Positions 12,349 through 24,300 are shown, numbered from the stretch's first letter. The stretch: DNA of 64,000 bases from Squalus acanthias (GCA_030390025.1 CM059433.1:3596001-3660000); one strand, 5' to 3'. The notes: generated by a model not told the origin, from the sequence alone. Program-made: numbers and translations.

Positions 12349-13498
12349 CTACCATCCTTTCAGGCAGTGAGTCCCAGACCCTCACAACCCTCTGGGTGAA
12401 ACAAATTCTCCTCAAATCCCCTCTAAACCTCCAACCAATTACTTTATATCTATGCCCCCTGGTTATTGACCCCTCTGCTAAGGGAAATAGGTCCTTCCTA
12501 TCCACTCTATCTAGGCCCCTCATAGAAACATAGAAACATAGAAGATAGGAGCAGGAGTAGGCCATTCAGCCCCTCTAGCCTGCTCCGCCATTCAATGCGA
12601 TCATGGCTGATCATCCAAATTCAGTACCCTGTCCCTGCTTTCTCCCCATATCCCTTGATCCTTTAGCCTTAAGAAATATATCTAACTCCTTCTTGAATAT
12701 ATTTAATGAATTGGCCTCAACTGCCTTCTGTGGTAGAGAATTCCACAGGTTCACCACTCTCTGGGTGAAGAAATTCCTCCTCATCTCAGTCCTAAATGGC
12801 TTACCCCTTATCCTTAGACTGTGACCCCTGGTTCTGGACTCCCCCGCCATCAGGAACATCCTTCCTGCATCTAGTCTGTCTAGTCCTGTTAGAATTTTAT
12901 GATTTTCAATGAGATCCCCTCTCATTCTTCTAAACTCTAGCGAATACAAGCCCAATCGTTCCAATCTCTCTTCATACGTCATTCTTGCCATCCCAGGTAT
13001 GGCAAGAACATCCTTCATATCCTCATAATTTTATACACCTCAATTAGGTCTCTCCTCAGCCTCCTCTGTTCCAAAGAAAACAACCCCAGCCTATCCAATA
13101 TTTCCTCATAGCTAAAATTCCCCAGTCCGGGCAACATCCTCGTAAATCTCCTCTGCACCCTCTCTAGTGCAATCACATCTTTCCTGTAATGTGGTGACCA
13201 GAACTGCATGCAGTACTCTAGCTGCGGCCTAACTAGTGTTTTATACAGTTCAAGCATAACCTCCCTGCTCTTTTATCCTATGCCTCGGCTAATAAAGGAA
13301 AGTATCCCGTATGCCTTCTTAACTACCTTATCTACCTGTCCTGCTACCTTCAGGGATCTGTGGACATGCACTCCAAGGCCCCTCTGATCCTCTGCACTTC
13401 TCAGTGTCCTACCATTTATACTGTATTCCCTTGCCTTGTTAGCCCTCCCCAAATGCATTACCTCACACTTCTCCGGATTGAATGCCATTTGCCACTCC
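12349..13498 (-). mobile_element. CR1 fragment (12349-12524 plus 13021-13498) interrupted by a younger CR1
   Basis: LYKTLVRPQLEYC...LIEVYKIMR continues as GLDRVDRKDLFPLAEGSITRGH across the insert. CCTCATA is duplicated at 12518-12524 and 13021-13027. Confidence 0.88.
12525..13020 (-). mobile_element. Young CR1 subfamily 3' fragment
   Basis: (CATAGAAA)n tail on + strand. Near-identical to 18853-19268 and 23541-24072. Confidence 0.92.
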
Positions 13499-13837
13499 TC
13501 TAGGCTTTCTGCAGTATTTAGCTCTCGGTATCTTTGAAAGTCTACATGCAACATAATTAACTTAATTTTTTTCAACATCTGTCTTACTGTCATATTGGCC
13601 TAAAACTTGACACAATTTAGTGTGTATTTACTTTTGATACTGTCTTCTAGGATTGTGTGCATCATGCATTCCTCTTCATGTTGACGCTGCTCCATCTTAT
13701 AAATAATCTATTTCTTACACTTTTGTCCGCAGATGCACTCGTAATGTGAAACCATTTCAATCTCTTGTCTAATATGGAATAAGTACTTGTAGTTAGTTTG
13801 AGGACATATACCATTATATTCTGTGCACTACTGTTTT

Positions 13838-14280
13838 AAGAAAGAAAGATTTGCATTTATATGGCGCCTTTCACGACCACCGGACGTCTCAAAGCGCTTT
13901 ACAGCCAATAAATGTAGGAAACGCGGCAGCTAATTTGCGCACAGCAAGCTCCCACAAACAGCAGTGTGATAATGACCAGATAATCTGTTTTTGTTATGTT
14001 GGTTAAGGGATAAATATTGGCCCCAGGACACTGGGGATAACTCCCCTGCTCTTCTTTGAAATAGTGTCATGGGATCTTTTACATCCACCTGAGAGAGCAG
14101 ACGGGGCCTCAGTTTAACGTCTCATCCAAAAGACGGCACCTCTGACAGTGCAGCGCTCCCTCAGCACTGCACTGGAGTGTCAGCCTAGCTTTATGTGCTC
14201 AAGTCCCTGGAGTGGGACTTTGAACCCACAAACTTCTGACTCAGAAGTGAGTGTGCTGCCCACTGAGCCACAGCTGACAC
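13838..14280 (-). mobile_element. Deu-domain SINE with a small internal deletion
   Basis: Same A/B boxes, core and tail as 4490-4964. Confidence 0.9.
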
Positions 14281-15210
14281 TTTGCCCAATTTGTGTGATC
14301 AGTAGACCCATCCATCATCAGTAGCTTCCAAGCAACTCTTCTGCTTGGGTTAGGCTCTATGTTTCCATCGCATGTATTTTTGTTTCTAGCACTTTATTTA
14401 TTAATTGGTATCAAGTACTAGAATCTCATTTATCACTGTCGTGGTAAAATCGCAGGAACAGGATGGTACGTAAACACAACGGAGCAAATCATTAGTCCGA
14501 ATTCAAGACATCTTGACTGATGACCAGTTTCACTCCACAAACATTAATTAATTTGTGTCAGTACAGCTATAGTGCTATGTTCAGCCGGGGATAAGCTTAT
14601 TTAATTAATATTTAATTAGTGCAAGTCGTATTTAACTGGCTGGTATTAAAAAATTTAGACAAGTTCAGCCTGTCAAAAGATGTTTTGAAGAAGAGTCATT
14701 TCAGGAAATTCTGGCTTGCAACCCAGAAATTTGCTGTATAAACAATTCACCCACTCAGCCAACATCTACCGTGCTTTGTAATAATGCTGTTTGAAGAGTT
14801 TAAACGGCATCAAATCTTCATATTGAAATTTCCCCATGAAGATCAAACTTTGTGAGGTCTTCAAAAACAATGCTCTTGAAAATATGGGGACGGATTTTGC
14901 TCTGAGCGGTGAATGAACAGCGCCAGCCATTCTTTACCTTTGCACTTGCCCACAGACTTTCGATGGGATTTTGCACTGGAACTTATTGTAAATTAGAGGG
15001 CTAAAATGGCACAGTACCCTCTACAGGGCATCTGGGACGCGTGTGAACAGGGCAAGCAACTGTGTGTCTCCTTAACCAATCAGAATGAAGAATCGTTAAT
15101 GAGCAGCGCAGAGTCTGAACCAGGAAGTGTCAGTTCGAATATTTAATTCAATGTCAAATCTGGTACAGAAAGCGAAATAAAGAGTTTCGTCCTTGTCCCT
15201 TTTCTTTATT

Positions 15211-15977
15211 GGCCCAGAAATTGGATTTCGATGGTTGCCGCGGGGGTAAGGATCCCCCGCAATATCGCACTCCGCGCCTACCTTTATGGTTCGGGCCCAC
15301 ACGAACTTCAGTTCCTGGGCCTCTCCCTGGTGCCGGCGTGCAGTGTGTGCGTGTCCCAGAGGCGCAGTTAGTTCGATGCGACCTCTGGGATCACGTGGGC
15401 CAGTTAGAGCCAATGGCAGCACACCATCTTTCATTCATAGTTTTGACAGCAAGGGCTGTCAAAACTATGAATACAACAAGCCCCCAAAAGAACAGCTAAA
15501 CCTCAATTAATTTTTTTTTAAAAGCCATCACATTAATAAAATAACTATAGTTAAATAAATTAACCACTTTAAACAAAAATTTAAATTTTTGAAAAAATTT
15601 TAATTCTTTTTAAAAGTTATAAAAATAAACTTACCTTTCTTTAAAGTCTCTAAAAAAGATAAACCTGTTGAAATTTTTTTTTAAATAATACTTAATTAAT
15701 TACTTACCTTGTTAAAAGGGGGTCTTACGCCTGCTTTCTTTATGTGTAAAATCTTCAACACTTACCTGCGCGTTCAAAGCTGAAAAAAAAACTAAGTGCG
15801 CTGCGTGCGCACAACCTGTAGCGCGCATGCGGTTCACTTAGGAACCGCCCCCTTTGCAATACCCGAAGTGCCGATTTCCCGCGCATGCGCAGTGCATACA
15901 GAAAACCAGCACTTCGGGACCTAATATGCGAGAGTACACAGTGCGTACTCTCCCGCATTAGGTCTAATTTTCGGGCC
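15211..15977. mobile_element. ~750-bp Harbinger-type MITE, family A copy 1
   Basis: Termini GGCCCAGAAATT / AATTTTCGGGCC with an ATT TSD. Homologous over its length to 26383-27146 (inverted) and 29398-30141. Confidence 0.85.
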
Positions 15978-16004
15978 ATTATCTGCACACTGCCCCTCAA
16001 CAAC

Positions 16005-16922
16005 ATCTTCTGAAGGCACATGGTCAGCTTTCACCTTTATGCTGATGACACCCAGCTCTACCTTTCTATCGCCCCTCTTAATCCCTCAATGGCCTCTGTG
16101 CTGTCAGGGTGCTTGCCTACCATCAAGTCTGAGATAAATCATAACTTTCTCCAGCTCAACATCAGGAAGACTGAACCCATCATCTTCAGCCCTCACCAAA
16201 AACTCTGCTTTCTTGTCTCAGGACTCCAACTCCTTCCTGGCCACTGTCTTAGTATGAGCCATCCTGCTCAAGCTTTGTTCCTGGTAAATTCGGAGCTAAG
16301 CTTTAAACACAACATTCCATGCAGCACCAAGTCCACTTACTTTCACCTCCACAGCATTTCTCTGCTCCTCCTTTCGTTCCTCATTCACTGAAAATCTTAC
16401 ACATGTCTTTGTCACCTCCAGATTCCAGTACTCTAATGTTTTCCATGGTGGTCTCGATCATTCAACCTCTAAAAACTCCAAATCTGAACTCTGCCACAAG
16501 TATCCTGTCCCACACACCCATTGCTCTTGTCCTCACTCCCACTCCCCCAACACATTAATTGTAAAATCTTCGTCCTCATCTTTAAATCTCTCCATTGGTT
16601 CTCTCCATCCTACCACTGCCACCTTCTCTAGCCCCATAACTCCTCCTGAAAACTCTGTTCCTCTCACTCTGGCCTTCTGTGTATCCCCCACCCACTCCCT
16701 TCGCCCAACCATTGGTGACAGAACCTTCAGCCACCTTCATCCTACTTTCTGGAACTCCCTCCCTAAACCGCTCCACCTTTAATACAAAACCCATTTTTGA
16801 CGATGGTCACCCCTCCCAATCTCTCCCTTCCTCACTTGGTGTTCATTTAACTGTTACCTGAAGGCACTTGGAATATCTCTTTACATTAAGGGTGCTATAT
16901 AATTGCAAGTTGAAAGTTGTTG
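16005..16922 (+). mobile_element. Degraded L2-clade LINE 3' portion
   Basis: FHLYADDTQLYL and NFLQLNIRKTE motifs, with a 3' end resembling AAGGGTGCTATATAATTGCAAGTTG. Confidence 0.85.
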
Positions 16923-16944
16923 AGTCCTGACTTAGAAGTATATT

Positions 16945-17125
16945 GCCGACCCTTCATCGTCGCTGGGTCAGAATCTGGAATTCCCTCCCTAACAGCACTG
17001 TGGGAGCACCTTCACCACACGGACTGCAGCGGTTCAAGAAGGTGGCTCACCACCACCTTCTCAAGGGCAATTATGAATGGGCAATAAATGCTGGCCTTGC
17101 CAGCGACGCCCAGATCCCATAAAAG
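16945..17125 (+). mobile_element. 3' end of another CR1/L2-group LINE
   Basis: WNSLPNSTVG...GLQRFKKVAHHHLLKGN remnant followed by AATAAA. A possibly related piece lies at ~57390-57506. Confidence 0.65.
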
Positions 17126-17759
17126 CAAATTTAAAAAATAAATTAAAAAATGGGTCCTTATTATTGAAAACAAAGTGAAGGGGCTGAAAGCCATTCAAAA
17201 GATCGCTTAACATCTATTATTGTTGGTGCAGAGCTGTTTGTTATCAATTCTAGATCTGGTTTTGAGATCTCACAGCACAGGCTGTGACCATTTTCAGGAG
17301 CCATCTGAAACTTTGTATTTCTCTGCATCTGTTACGTCACCGCCATAATCTTCTCAGATAATGTTGCAACGTTGGTTGGCATCTGTAGCTGGTTTTATCC
17401 CTTTCAGATTTCCTTTTTAAATAAGTTGTGTTGCAGATCAAGCTTCTGCTCCCCAAATATACCCATGCTACAATGTGCGTGGTCTTGAATAAAACTGCCT
17501 TTGTTGTTTTATCTCTGTGACCATGATTCCAAACACATAACTATGCTCGATTTAGTAGTTTGCTGTTTTTGAAGTTAGGGTTCAAGCATGGCCAATAGAT
17601 GTATTATTTTGCTTGTGGGCTGTGGTCTTTCTGAGATTGCCGTTAAACCTGTCTCTTGACTGTATGGTTTTGTGTCTGGCTGGATTTTTTTGAAAGGTCC
17701 GTGTCCAGTGAGAGTCAGGAAAACCATTTGTGATTTGATTATTGAAAATCTTGAGACAA

Positions 17760-18060
17760 GGTGCTAACAATTCGGGGGTTTAACGCCACCTGTTACCGCC
17801 AGATTTGGGGGGAAAAAATGGCAGCTGCCGCACTTCCACCTGCTGCCGGCGGGTCCCGCAACGGCCGCCATTTTCAGGTGGCCGGCAGCGCTGCCGATAT
17901 CGGCACTCGCCAAAATTATGTAGATGATGCAGATTGTGACACCAGTGAGTGTGCAACGCTCACTTGACGCCTGATCTGCAAGTTTCAACTTTATCGCTCC
18001 ACTGACCGGCACGCCTCAAGTGCGACCAGCTGAGCAAGCGTTGACAAGAAGGAGCCTCCA
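17760..18060. mobile_element. Harbinger left terminus and subterminal region
   Basis: GGTGCTAACAATTCGGGGGTTTAACGCCACCTGTTACCG resembles the reverse complement of the terminus ending at 60074. CpG-rich and upstream of the transposase remnant. Confidence 0.65.
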
Positions 18061-18493
18061 GCAGCCCTATTTAAAGGGCTTGACGTAAGAAAACTACTAG
18101 GCACTTGGTCTAAGCGTTAAACAAAGCTTTAATCAACTGTTTTACAAAATGGAGATCTAGTTGTCCTTCATTAGTTCCTGTTAGAGAATGTCCTGAGCAA
18201 GCTGGGCCCATGCCCGAGTATTTATGCTCTCCCTGGACAGCACCACCAGCAGGCCGCCCAGTATTATGTCATAAGCCATTTCCCATGAATGACAAGATTC
18301 ATGTCAGGGCTCATCAGCAACAACTTGCAGCTGACATGTTTGTTCAGTTTGACCGGTTCTGTGCAACTTTCTGCAACTCCAGCAGCTTTATAAACTTATT
18401 GCAAGGTTCTAAGGTGACAGGCAGTGTTGTTGCAAGTGGAGAACGCCTTCATTTTTATTTAAAGGCTTCTGCTCACAACACTTGCTCACAGTC

Positions 18494-19478
18494 ATGGGGG
18501 CTCTACTGACAGTCCCTCTCGCTCGAGAAATGCGGGAGAGGGAGCGGAGGCAGCGAAGAAGAGAAGCTGTACACAGAGGGAGGGGGAGGAGGGGCAGGCG
18601 GGCTCTCAACAGGAGGCCTTACCCACCTAGGGTCTTCAGAGAGCGCTTCTCTTATATGCACTTAAGAGAGGAGCAGTGTCTTAAGAGGCTCCGCTTCACC
18701 AAGGAGGTGGTCACAGAACTCTGCCACCTCCTGCAACCAGACCTGCAGCCTGAGAGCAGGGCGACCACGGCTCTCCCAGTGGCCCTCAAGGTCACCGTGG
18801 CCCTCAATTTTTTCGCCAGTGGATCCTTCCAGTCTGCAGCAGGAGACATAGCAAACATAGAAGCATAGAAGATAGGAGCAGGAGTAGACCATTCGGCCCC
18901 TCGAGCCTGCTCCGCCATTTAATGAGATCATGGCTGAACATCCAAACTCAGTACCCTGTCCCTGCCTTCTCCCCATATCCCTTGATCCCTTTAGCCTTAA
19001 GAAATATATCTATCTCCTTCTTGAATATATTTAATGAATTGGCCTCAACTGCCTTCTGTGGTAGCGAATTCCACAGGTTCACCACTCTCTGGGTGAAGAA
19101 ATTCCTCCTCATCTCAGTCCTAAATGGCTTACCCCTTATCCTTAGACTGTGACCTCTGGTTCTGGACTCCCCCGCCATCGGGAACATCCTTCCTGCATCT
19201 AGTCTGTCTAGTCCTGTTAGAATTTTATAAGTTTCAATGAGACCCCCTCTCATTCTTCTAAACTCTAGTCACCGTGGCCGAAACATCTCACAGTTCACCA
19301 TCCATCGCTGCATCCGGGAGGTCACAAAGGCTGTCTACACCAGGAGAAGGGATTATGTTGTATTCTCTCTGAGCAGAGAGATGCAGGAGGAGCGCGCATG
19401 TGGCTTTGCCAGGATAGCGGGATTCCTCATGGTGCAGGGCGCCATCGACAGCACCCACATGGCTTTGTGGGTGCCGCC
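18494..19478 (+). pseudogene. PIF/Harbinger transposase (HARBI1-like) N-terminal half, split by a CR1 insertion
   Basis: RRPYPPRVFRERFSY...CLKRLRFTKEVVTELCHLL...ALPVALKVTVALNFFASGSFQSAAGDIA, resuming after 19280 as NISQFTIHRCIREVT...GFARIAGFLMVQGAIDSTH (first catalytic D motif, GAIDxTH). Confidence 0.92.
18853..19268 (-). mobile_element. Young CR1 3' fragment inside the Harbinger transposase
   Basis: Near-identical to 12525-13020, with AAACAT duplicated at both junctions. Confidence 0.92.
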
Positions 19479-19699
19479 CCCTTGCCTCCCCTCACGCCCC
19501 AGAGGCGTGCAATCTCCCCCCACACCACCCTCGGCCCACAAACTCTCCTCCCCCCAGGGCCCACAATCTCCCCCCCACCAGAAGCCCATAATCTCTCCTC
19601 CCCCAACCCTCCGGTGCACAATCTCTGTGGTGGGCGGTGAATCTTTGGAATTCTCTACCCCAGAGGGCTGTGGAGGTTCAGTCGTTGAGTATATTCAAG

Positions 19700-20209
19700 A
19701 TGCGGAGATGCCAGTGTTGGACTGGGGTGGACAAAAGTGAGAAGTCACTCAACACCAGGTTATAGTCCAACAGTTTTATTTGAAATCACAAGCTTTCGGA
19801 GCGCTGCTCCTTCGTCAGGTGAAGTGAAGGAATACGAATCGGCACAGCATAAATAGACAGAGAACAATGCCTGTGCAGAGAACAATGTCAGACGACTACA
19901 GTTAATCTTTCTGACTGCCTTTTATCACACCTCGGCAGAGAGACAATCAGATCAGTCAGGAAGACATTATATCAAAGACATAGCAAGATACAACTAAGAC
20001 AATGAGGTGGGGTCACAGGGGGTCTAATGTGTCAAATGCTGCAGTCTGTATGGAAAACCATAAACTTTAAACTTTTTACTTTTTTTACTGGAAATCACAT
20101 CTGTGAACAAGCCAACGACGACTCGAGTCTGGATGACTCTACGTCAGGTGGGGTTACATGTAGCGTGACATGAACCCAAGATCCCGGTTGAGGCCGTCCT
20201 CATGGGTGC
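19700..20209 (-). mobile_element. 5'-truncated Penelope-like element (ORF C-terminus plus 3' region)
   Basis: RTHEDGLNRDLGFMSRYM* is shared with the GIY-YIG C-terminus at 44960-45183. 11-bp TSD GTATATTCAAG at 19689-19699 and 20210-20220. Confidence 0.88.
19786..19822 (-). ncRNA. Minimal type I hammerhead ribozyme (Penelope-associated)
   Basis: Minus strand UCAC-CUGACGA-A-GGAGC-AGC-GCUCC-GAAA-GCUU-GUGA gives an intact core, helix II, palindromic helix III (AAGCUU) and helix I UCAC/GUGA. Confidence 0.8.
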
Positions 20210-20463
20210 GTATATTCAAGCCAGAGATCGATAGATTTTTGGATATTAAGGGAATCAAGGGATATGGAGATCGGGCGGGAAAGTGGAGTTGAGGTCAAAG
20301 ATCAGCCATGATCTTATTGAATGGTGGAGCAGGCTCGAGGGGCCGAATGGCCCACTCCTGCTCTTATTTCTTCTGTTCTTATGTTCCCCCAGTTCGTGCG
20401 GGCACTCTCTGCCACATCGCCCTTCTCTCTCCATGCTAACACGTTTCTCCCTTTACTGAGTTA

Positions 20464-21875
20464 TCACTGGCACTCTTGTCCCCTCCCCCCTGTTCACACT
20501 GGCACTCTTGTCCCCTCCCCAGTTCACACTGGCACTCTTGTCTCCTCCCCCCTGTTCACACTGGCACTCTTGTCCCCTCCCCAGTTCACACTGGCACTCT
20601 TGTCCCCTCCCCAGTTCACACTGGCACTCTTGTCTCTTCCCCAGTTCACACTGGCACTCTTGTCTCCTCCCCAGTTCACACTGGCACTCTTGTCCCCTCC
20701 CCCCCTGTTCACACTGGCACTCTTGTCCCCTCCCCAGTTCACACTGGCACTCTTGTCCCCTCCCCCCCTGTTCACACTGGCACTCTTGTCCCCTCCCCAG
20801 TTCACACTGGCACTCTTGTCCCCTCCCCCCCTGTTCACACTGGCACTTTTGTCCCCTCCCCAGTTCACACTGGCACTCTTGTCCCCTCCCCCCTGTTCAC
20901 ACTGGCACTCTTGTCCCCTCCCCCCTGTTCACACTGGCACTCTTGTCCCCTCCCCAGTTCACACTGGCACTTTTGTCCCCTCCCCAGTTCACACTGGCAC
21001 TCTTGTCCCCTCCCCAGTTCACACTGGCACTCTTGTCCCCTCCCCCCTGTTCACACTGGCACTCTTGTCCCCTCCCCAGTTCACACTGGCACTCTTGTCC
21101 CCTCCCCCCTGTTCACACTGGCACTCTTGTCCCCTCCCCAGTTCACACTGGCACTCTTGTCCCCTCCCCCCTGTTCACACTGGCACTCTTGTCCCCTCCC
21201 CAGTTCACACTGGCACTCTTGTCCCCTCCCCCCTGTTCACACTGGCACTCTTGTCCCCTCCCCAGTTCACACTGGCACTCTTGTCCCCTCCCCAGTTCAC
21301 ACTGGCACTCTTGTCCCCTCCCCCCTGTTCACACTGGCACTCTTGTCCCCTCCCCCCTGTTCACACTGGCACTCTTGTCCCCTCCCCCCTGTTCACACTG
21401 GCACTCTTGTCCCCTCCCCCCTGTTCACACTGGCACTCTTGTCCCCTCCCCCCTGTTCACACTGGCACTCTTGTCCCCTCCCCCCTGTTCACACTGGCAC
21501 TCTTGTCCCCTCCCCCCTGTTCACACTGGCACTCTTGTCCCCTCCCCCCAGTTCACACTGGCACTCTTGTCCCCTCCCCAGTTCACACTGGCACTCTTGT
21601 CCCCTCCCCACTGTTCACATTGGCACTCTTGTCCCCTCCCCAGTTCACACTGGCACTCTTGTCCCCTCCCCCCTGTTCACACTGGCACTCTTGTCCCCTC
21701 CCCAGTTCACACTGGCACTCTTGTCCCCTCCCCAGTTCACACTGGCACTCTTGTCTCCTCCCCAGTTCACATTGGCACTCTTGTCTCCTCCCCAGTTCAC
21801 ATTGGCACTCTTGTCCCCTCCCCAGTTCACATTGGCACTCTTGTCCCCTCCCCAGTTCACACTGGCACTCTTCTC
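20464..21875. repeat. Minisatellite, 30-32 bp unit CACACTGGCACTCTTGTCCCCTCCCC(A/CCT/CCCT)GTT, roughly 45 units
   Basis: Read directly; the unit count is estimated from length. It explains the three repetitive 479-552 aa ORFs. Confidence 0.97.
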
Positions 21876-23079
21876 CCCTTTCTGTTCCATCACACTGCTC
21901 AAGGGCCTTCGCTGAGCACCCAACAGCGTACTGGCGATGTGCTGCACCTGGTGCAGGAAAGTTCACTCAGATTTCCTAGGCCAGGCCGTTTGCATGGCTT
22001 GGCACTGTCCGGGGCACAAGCCCACCCCGGTCATGCTGGGTTTGGTGAGTGAAGCATTTGCAGGCCTCATGCTTCTGGGTGTCAGCATCGGAGAGCTGTA
22101 GCCGGATGGCCCTGAAGCCCAAAGATCTTCCTGGGAGGAGGAAAATGCTTAGATTACTTTTGGTCTTCTTGTTCTTCCGTCCTAGCACCCAACAGATCCT
22201 CTAGTCCGTAGAGGGTCCTGGTGGATGTCCTACCATTCGTTTTTTTGGGACACCCCTCTGTTTGGACACCTAATGGTGTATTTATAGGAAAGTGAATTGG
22301 GATGACCGGGAACACCCTCTTCCACCTCCCTAGCACTGTTACAATGATTTTGGAAACTTGCACCAATCCCTGGGCAATGGGGTGTTGGAGCCCTGAGGTA
22401 AAGGGCCTCTCTCTCCATTTCCTCTTTGCTGTGGCTGGGAACTGAACATTCCCTTAGTTTAACAAAGAGAAGCATGTCCTCTCACAAGTTTTTAAGCTCT
22501 GAGGTCTTTCCTAGTTTGTTACTGACTGAAATGAATAGCAAATACGACATGGTGCCAGAATTGGCAGTGACTCTATCTGTCAAAATAATTTTCGAAAGAG
22601 ATACAGAAGAATATAAGAGTATTCGAATGTAGAAATGATAGCTTTTCAGCGAAATACTCTAAACTGATCGCAGACGCGTCTTCTTTTGTTTTATTTTCAC
22701 TGGATCCTATTCTGTGTGATTCAATCAGCTGAGAAGCTATTTAAAATGTAAAATTAAAACGCAGCCACTCAAGAGTTCTGCAAAGCTATTATTCAAAATG
22801 AACAATTCCCAGCCAAATTAGAGATGGCAGGTAATCAAGCCAGTAATTGGAAAAGCTTTAAACGAATTTGGGACAATGAAAAGATTGCAACATGTCTCAT
22901 TAAACAGTCAAAAGATGTGAGAACCACGACAATAATTACCGGTATGGGTAGAGAAGGACGGGAAACACGTCACGGTCTTCACTTTGAGACAGATGAAGAC
23001 AAGACTTATATAAAAGTTATTTTTAGCAAGTTGGAACAATGTTACACTGGAAAAGCTAATGAAACATATCAACATACGT

Positions 23080-24300
23080 GGGCTAGACATTCGTGGCCTT
23101 AGCGCCACTCCATAGCGCCATTAAACGCTGTAAATGTGAAATGACAGCATAAAATGCTGGAACTACTCAGCTCATCAGGCAGCATCTCGACCTGAGATGT
23201 GAACTCTGTTTCTCTCTCCACGGATGTTGCGTGACCTGCTGAGTATTTGCAGCATGTTGACCCCCTGCACAAAGATGGAGTGCTGCGTCCAAGACACTTG
23301 GTGGCCCTTCCCTGGCTTGCTGAGCCATTTGTGTTAGTGCTGAAGCATTTTTCCCATTTGTTTGAGGTTCGGAAGGTAATTCAGCTTGAAGAGCTGAATA
23401 TTCACATTGGGGACTTCTTTTTGAATGATAAAAAGTTTTTTAAAAGGCAGAAAGGGCTGAAAACTGCATAGTTTCACTTCATTTTATTTTTGTATTGCTT
23501 CAGTGTGCATGGCCCCTTTAATTCTCAGACCTCTTCATTACATAGAAACATAGAAGATAGGAGCAGGAGTAGGCCATTCAGCCCCTCGAGCCTGCTCTGC
23601 CATTTAATGAGATCATGGCTGATCATCCAAATTCAGTACCCTGTCCCTGCCTTCTCCCCATATCCCTTGATCCCTTTAGCCTTAAGAAATATATCTAACT
23701 CCTTCTTGAATATATTTAATGAATTGGCCTCAACTGCCTTCTGTGGTAGAGAATTCCACAGGTTCACCACTCTCTGGGTGAAGAAATTCCTCCTCATCTC
23801 AGTCCTAAATGGCTTACCCCTTATCCTTAGACTGTGACCCCTGGTTCTGAACTCCCCGCCATCGGGAACATCCTTCCTGCATCTAGTCTGTCTAGTCCTG
23901 TTAGAATTTTATAAGTTTCAATGAGATCCCCTCTCATTCTTCTAAACTCTAGCGAATATAAACCCAATCGACCCAATCTCTCTTCATACGTCATTCCTGC
24001 CATCCCAGGTATCAGTCTGGTGAATCTTCGCTGAACTCCCTCCATGGCAAGAACATCCTTCCTCAGATAAGGCCACAATTCTTTGTGAGCGCCACAGCCT
24101 CGATTCCAGAGGCCGTGCGAGGCTCCAACTCCGCTCCTGCACAGGAACCTCATCTCGGATGCCTCCAGCAACGCCACCAGGGCGGCGTTTCACGGCAGAT
24201 AAGCAAGCGCTGTAGCAACAATCTCCAGCACGCCAGACGAATTTTGCTCTGTTCGCGTTGCTAACTCCAGTTCCCGGTGGCTAAAATGAATTTCTCCCCC
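23080..24300 (-). mobile_element. Rearranged non-autonomous Harbinger derivative inserted in Gypsy gag
   Basis: Termini GGGCTAGACATTC / GAATTTCTCCCCC. Contains an inverted copy of the Myb-gene 5' end (23257-23520), a Penelope-derived inverted repeat (23128-23256) and a CR1 insert. Confidence 0.75.
23541..24072 (-). mobile_element. Young CR1 3' fragment
   Basis: PYLRKDVLAMEGVQRRFTRLIPGM...; near-identical to the 12525 and 18853 copies. Confidence 0.92.

Larger units (their letters stand above)
19636..20385 (+). mobile_element. CR1 3' end (19636-19699 plus 20210-20385) split by a Penelope insertion
   Basis: VNLWNSLPQRAVE...IFK|PEIDRFLDIKGIKGYG is continuous once the insert is removed. Confidence 0.88.

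Noticed and set aside
18494..19478. Host gene HARBI1
   Set aside because: Interrupted by a CR1, truncated after the first catalytic motif and preceded by a transposon terminus, so it is a transposon copy rather than the domesticated gene.
20464..21875. CRISPR-like array
   Set aside because: Units are directly adjacent with no unique spacers, the context is eukaryotic and there are no cas genes.
20321..22052. Three long ORFs (552, 479 and 514 aa) as a repetitive protein gene
   Set aside because: They arise from a stop-free minisatellite whose variable unit length shuffles the same three peptides among frames; the first ORF starts in a CR1 3' UTR.
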